Below, one piece after another: positions 60,706 to 64,000 of a stretch of DNA of 64,000 bases. Source of the stretch: Candidatus Latescibacterota bacterium (GTDB lineage Bacteria > Latescibacterota > UBA2968 > GCA-2709665). The notes below the pieces were generated by a model. That model saw only the letters and a program-made list of their open reading frames with translations. It did no database searches and was not told where the DNA came from. The position numbers and the translations under genes are program-made. The DNA lies in NCBI GenBank assembly GCA_965219455.1, contig OZ244744.1, forward strand, positions 5,472,001 through 5,536,000, read 5' to 3'. Within the stretch, counting starts at the first letter, position 1, and each line of letters starts with the position of its first letter.

Positions 60706-61743
60706 TCAAGCCGCGGGGATATCCGCTTTCGGCCGCCTTGCGCACAGAACGGTGTATCCCTGACGGGATCCCAGCCGTTCCACCGTGCCGAACGACCGGT
60801 TCATCTGCTTACGGTACATGCCCGGACGCATGGCCACAACCACGAATCTTCCGTGGGATTCCAGATGTCGGGCGGCACCTTGAGTAAACAGCCTGGCCGT
60901 TGCGGTACCCTGATGGGTGGGCGCGTTGCACAGGATGAGATCAAAGGACCGTCCTGAAGTGGCTTCAAAACCGTCGCTGAGGGCGACCCGTGCGTTCACC
61001 AGGCGGTTGCGAGCGACGTTTCGCCTCGCGCATCGAACCGCCAGAAGGTCGGAATCCAGCAGCAGGACCGCGCGCGCGCGTTGCGCGGCCGCGATGCCGA
61101 TCGCACCGAACCCGCATCCCAGGTCGAGCACACGATCCTGCGCCTTGACGTCGGCCGTTTCAATCAGAAATCGAGTGCCGTGGTCGAGGCCACAGCTCGA
61201 GAATACGCCTGCGCACGACTCAAATGCGCCGGCGACTCCGCAAAGGTCGTTCACGACGAACGAATGCACCGGGTTTACCGGACCCGCGCCGGGTGCGGCG
61301 CACACCTTGTTCGACCGGTAGATCCGAAAACCCGATTTCGCCGTCACCTTCTCAACCCGCCCGAAAACCGCTTTCAACCGGTTCCGATAGCTCTTCACAC
61401 CGGCATCCAGCCGTCCCGCCATCAGAAACCGGCCGTGAATCGCCATTTTCTGAAACGCCGCGTCGATGAGTTGGAACACGCGTGCCTTGGCCTCCCACCG
61501 CGTGGGAGCGTAGAGCACGACGTTGACACAAGGGATGGTGACGTCTGCGGGCGAGGCCTCGAGCCAGGCGCACGCATTGCCCAACCTTCGGCGCCGGATG
61601 ATGTCCTCACATAATCTCACCGCCAGCAGATCGGAACTCACAAAGTGGATCCCGGCGGCGCTCAGGTCATGCCCTACGGGTACGCCGGCCATACCCAGGT
61701 CCAGAACACGTTCGTGTGTCCGGACCGCCGCGGCCGCCAGCAA
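60706..61743 (-). CDS. RsmC-like SAM-dependent methyltransferase (start uncertain)
   Basis: GVFSSCGLDHGT, VLDLGCGFG and ILCNAPTH; duplicated methyltransferase fold. Confidence 0.8.
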   Translation of the reverse strand: MLAAAAVRTHERVLDLGMAGVPVGHDLSAAGIHFVSSDLLAVRLCEDIIRRRRLGNACAWLEASPADVTIPCVNVVLYAPTRWEAKARVFQLIDAAFQKMAIHGRFLMAGRLDAGVKSYRNRLKAVFGRVEKVTAKSGFRIYRSNKVCAAPGAGPVNPVHSFVVNDLCGVAGAFESCAGVFSSCGLDHGTRFLIETADVKAQDRVLDLGCGFGAIGIAAAQRARAVLLLDSDLLAVRCARRNVARNRLVNARVALSDGFEATSGRSFDLILCNAPTHQGTATARLFTQGAARHLESHGRFVVVAMRPGMYRKQMNRSFGTVERLGSRQGYTVLCARRPKADIPAA

Positions 61744-61815
61744 CGCAGACGCTTCCCGACCATGGGGTTTGCGCGAACTTCCGATCAGTCTTTCCTTCCG
61801 AATTCGCTACACGAC

Positions 61816-61844
61816 TTGACAACAGGACGTGGGGCATTTACATT
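61816..61844 (+). promoter_or_regulatory. Putative sigma70 promoter of the phd-vapC pair
   Basis: TTGACA-17 nt-TACATT, followed by the imperfect palindrome CTAGACCGTCCAG. Confidence 0.55.
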
Positions 61845-61884
61845 AAGGCTAGACCGTCCAGATTGATACAGAGGAGGAAAGCCG

Positions 61885-62136
61885 ATGAGTGCAAGTTGGG
61901 CACTGCAGGATGCCAAGAATCGATTGAGCGAAGTGGTGAACAACGCTGTCCGTGAAGGCCCGCAGACGATCACACGCAGAGGCAAAGAAACGGCCGTGGT
62001 GATCTCCATGGAAGATTTTCGGCAACTGACGACCTCTCCGGGCTCTCTGGTCTCCTTTTTCCGCAAGTCCCCCCTGGCAGGAGTGGGCCTGGACCTGGAA
62101 AGGAATCAGGATGACGGCCGGGAGGTGATTCTATGA
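61885..62136 (+). CDS. Phd/YefM antitoxin
   Basis: WALQDAKNRLSEVV...GPQTITRRGKETAVVIS. Confidence 0.93.
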   Translation: MSASWALQDAKNRLSEVVNNAVREGPQTITRRGKETAVVISMEDFRQLTTSPGSLVSFFRKSPLAGVGLDLERNQDDGREVIL

Positions 62137-62549
62137 GATATCTGCTGGACACCTGCGTCATTTCGGAACTCGTTAAAAAAAGGCCCTCCAGTAAGGTCAC
62201 GCAATGGCTGGAACAACAGGAGGAGCTTTCACTGTTTCTGAGCGCCATTTCCTTCGGCGAGTTACATAAAGGGATCGGCCGATTGCAGGCGGGGCGGAAA
62301 CAGCGAGAACTTCATGAGTGGGTCGAAGGGCACCTGGGCAGGCGATTTACAGGACGAATTCTGGACATCGATCGGGAAGTTGCCGTCCGATGGGGCGAGA
62401 TTTCGGCAGCGGCGGAAGGTGCCGGGCGGGCCGTGCCCGTCCTCGACGGCCTGCTGGCAGCAACCGCCTTGATTTCAGGTCTGACATTTGTGACGCGAAA
62501 CACGGACCACGTTCAGGCAACCGGTGTTCCTCTGTTCAATCCCTGGTAG
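62133..62549 (+). CDS. VapC PIN toxin
   Basis: YLLDTCVISE, DGLLAATA and VTRN; ATGA overlap with the antitoxin. Confidence 0.93.
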   Translation: MRYLLDTCVISELVKKRPSSKVTQWLEQQEELSLFLSAISFGELHKGIGRLQAGRKQRELHEWVEGHLGRRFTGRILDIDREVAVRWGEISAAAEGAGRAVPVLDGLLAATALISGLTFVTRNTDHVQATGVPLFNPW

Positions 62550-62586
62550 ACGAAATGCATCCATCAGTGTGGGTCGGGCGGCAAGT

Positions 62587-63405
62587 TCACCCGCTGCGTT
62601 TCAGACGACCCGTCCGCTTGGCGTAGACCTCCGCGAGGTGAAAAACCCAGAGCCCCAGGGGGACCATGATTGCGCCCGACACCACCAGAATAATGAGATC
62701 GCCCTGCACGTCGGCCACGCTGGCGTTGTTCAGCAGGGCCGCCCGGATGGACCGAAGCGCATAGGTCCCGGGCGAAAAGGTCGATAGTGGCCGCAGCCAG
62801 TCGGGCAGAACCGATACATCGTAGTACACCCCTGAAATCAGCAGCACCAGCGTGCCGAATATATCGGTGGCCCGGGCACCTTTCTCCGGCGAAAGAAGCG
62901 GAAATACGGCCGCCATGAGCCCCATTCCCAGGAATGACAGACTGGCCGTGGCCAGGACGGTAACCGCCGTCGTCAGATTCGCATCCGAAAGGCTTAGATC
63001 GAAAAAAAACACCGCTGAAACGAGAACCACACCGGATCTGAGAAACCCGTAAATGATCGCATACACGCATTGACCGGCAAGGTGTGTCAGCCTGTAGACA
63101 GGTGACATAAATGTGTATTCGATGGTCCCTTCCCAACGCTCCCATGCGACGGCGTCGGCCACTTCGAAGAAGAGCAGTCGAAGAAAGTTCCACAGCACGG
63201 CACCCACGATCAGAAAAAGCACCGCCTCGCGTACCTTTACCGGGTCGTTTCCGCCCATATACACGCCGATCAAACCGATGGTAAGCGCATGCACCACGTT
63301 CCAGACCACGAAAATCAGTTCCCAGCTTGCATACCGCCTGGCCAGGTTGAAATTCCGCTCGATAAACGCTACCGACGCTCTGATCTCCGCGATCACCGAG
63401 TTCAT
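62587..63405 (-). CDS. ABC-2 type transporter permease
   Basis: WERWEGTIEY, SGVYY..SVLP.WL and six transmembrane segments. Confidence 0.9.
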   Translation of the reverse strand: MNSVIAEIRASVAFIERNFNLARRYASWELIFVVWNVVHALTIGLIGVYMGGNDPVKVREAVLFLIVGAVLWNFLRLLFFEVADAVAWERWEGTIEYTFMSPVYRLTHLAGQCVYAIIYGFLRSGVVLVSAVFFFDLSLSDANLTTAVTVLATASLSFLGMGLMAAVFPLLSPEKGARATDIFGTLVLLISGVYYDVSVLPDWLRPLSTFSPGTYALRSIRAALLNNASVADVQGDLIILVVSGAIMVPLGLWVFHLAEVYAKRTGRLKRSG

Positions 63406-64000
63406 TCTCCGTCTCCTTCCGTTTCGTCCTCCAGATCGGCATGGGCAAGATCCATTCCCGTCATCTTGAAAAACACATCCTCCAGACTGCCCCTCACGCA
63501 GCCGGCGCGGACCTTCAGTTCGTCGACGGTGCCCATGGCGATAAACCTGCCATGGTGGATAATCGAAACCCGGTTGCACACCCGTTCCGCCTCGTCCATG
63601 TCGTGGGTCGTTAACAAAACCGTCGCTTCATGGCGTTCGCGAATCCCCATGACATAATCCTGCACCTGGCGCTTTGATACCGGGTCCAATCCCGTCGTCG
63701 GCTCGTCCATCAGCAGTAGAACGGGCGACGTAAAAAGCGCTCGGGCCACTGCCACCTTCTGTTGCATTCCGCGCGAAAGGTCCTCCATAGGCTGGTCGAT
63801 CCGGTCGTCTCCGAAACCCATTTCCGCCAGAATCGCCTCGGCCTTCCTGCGCCCCTCACGCACCGGAACTCCGTACAACCTGGCCGCGTAACTCAGGTTC
63901 TCCCACGCCGAGAGTTTCTTGAAAAAGGCCGCGTCCACGGACACCCGATTTATGAGACGCTTCACCCGCATCGCATCCCGTTCGACGTGCAGCCCAAAAA
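63402..64000 (-). CDS. ABC transporter ATP-binding protein (5' end beyond window)
   Basis: LSRGMQQK, LLMDEPTTGLD and TTHDMDEAE. Confidence 0.92.
   Translation of the reverse strand, partial: FGLHVERDAMRVKRLINRVSVDAAFFKKLSAWENLSYAARLYGVPVREGRRKAEAILAEMGFGDDRIDQPMEDLSRGMQQKVAVARALFTSPVLLLMDEPTTGLDPVSKRQVQDYVMGIRERHEATVLLTTHDMDEAERVCNRVSIIHHGRFIAMGTVDELKVRAGCVRGSLEDVFFKMTGMDLAHADLEDETEGDGE

Overview
This is a bacterial chromosomal window of roughly 60% GC by eye, with most genes on the minus strand. Gene content is compatible with an FCB-related lineage such as Latescibacterota or Gemmatimonadota, but the taxon cannot be proven here. Housekeeping blocks: infB(5')-nusA-rimP-merR-der; tRNA-Gly(CCC)-miaA-mutL; hpt; UDG; rtcB/CobW/archease/mobA; PBP1A; class I aldolase; folE; ychF; a molybdenum-hydroxylase operon with two large subunits; a Phd-VapC pair; and an ABC-2 transporter. 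These flank an accessory defence island at about 7.8-26 kb. The island carries a PLD-SF2 helicase with an in-frame amber stop, a large N6-adenine DNA methyltransferase, an HNH nuclease, a frameshifted ~1220-aa PIN-domain protein, Mrr_N and SLOG/DprA-like proteins, and many toxin-antitoxin fragments. The most unusual structure is a GxxExxY gene bounded by 28-bp inverted repeats and inserted into the last codons of the helicase. It is accompanied by a five-unit 127-bp tandem array built from helicase tail + inverted repeat + GxxExxY start. An internally deleted second copy of the same element lies 10 kb away, again next to a helicase-tail sequence. A separate MITE occurs in two copies (6069-6189 and 54064-54142). 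All product calls come from motif recognition, not database searches.
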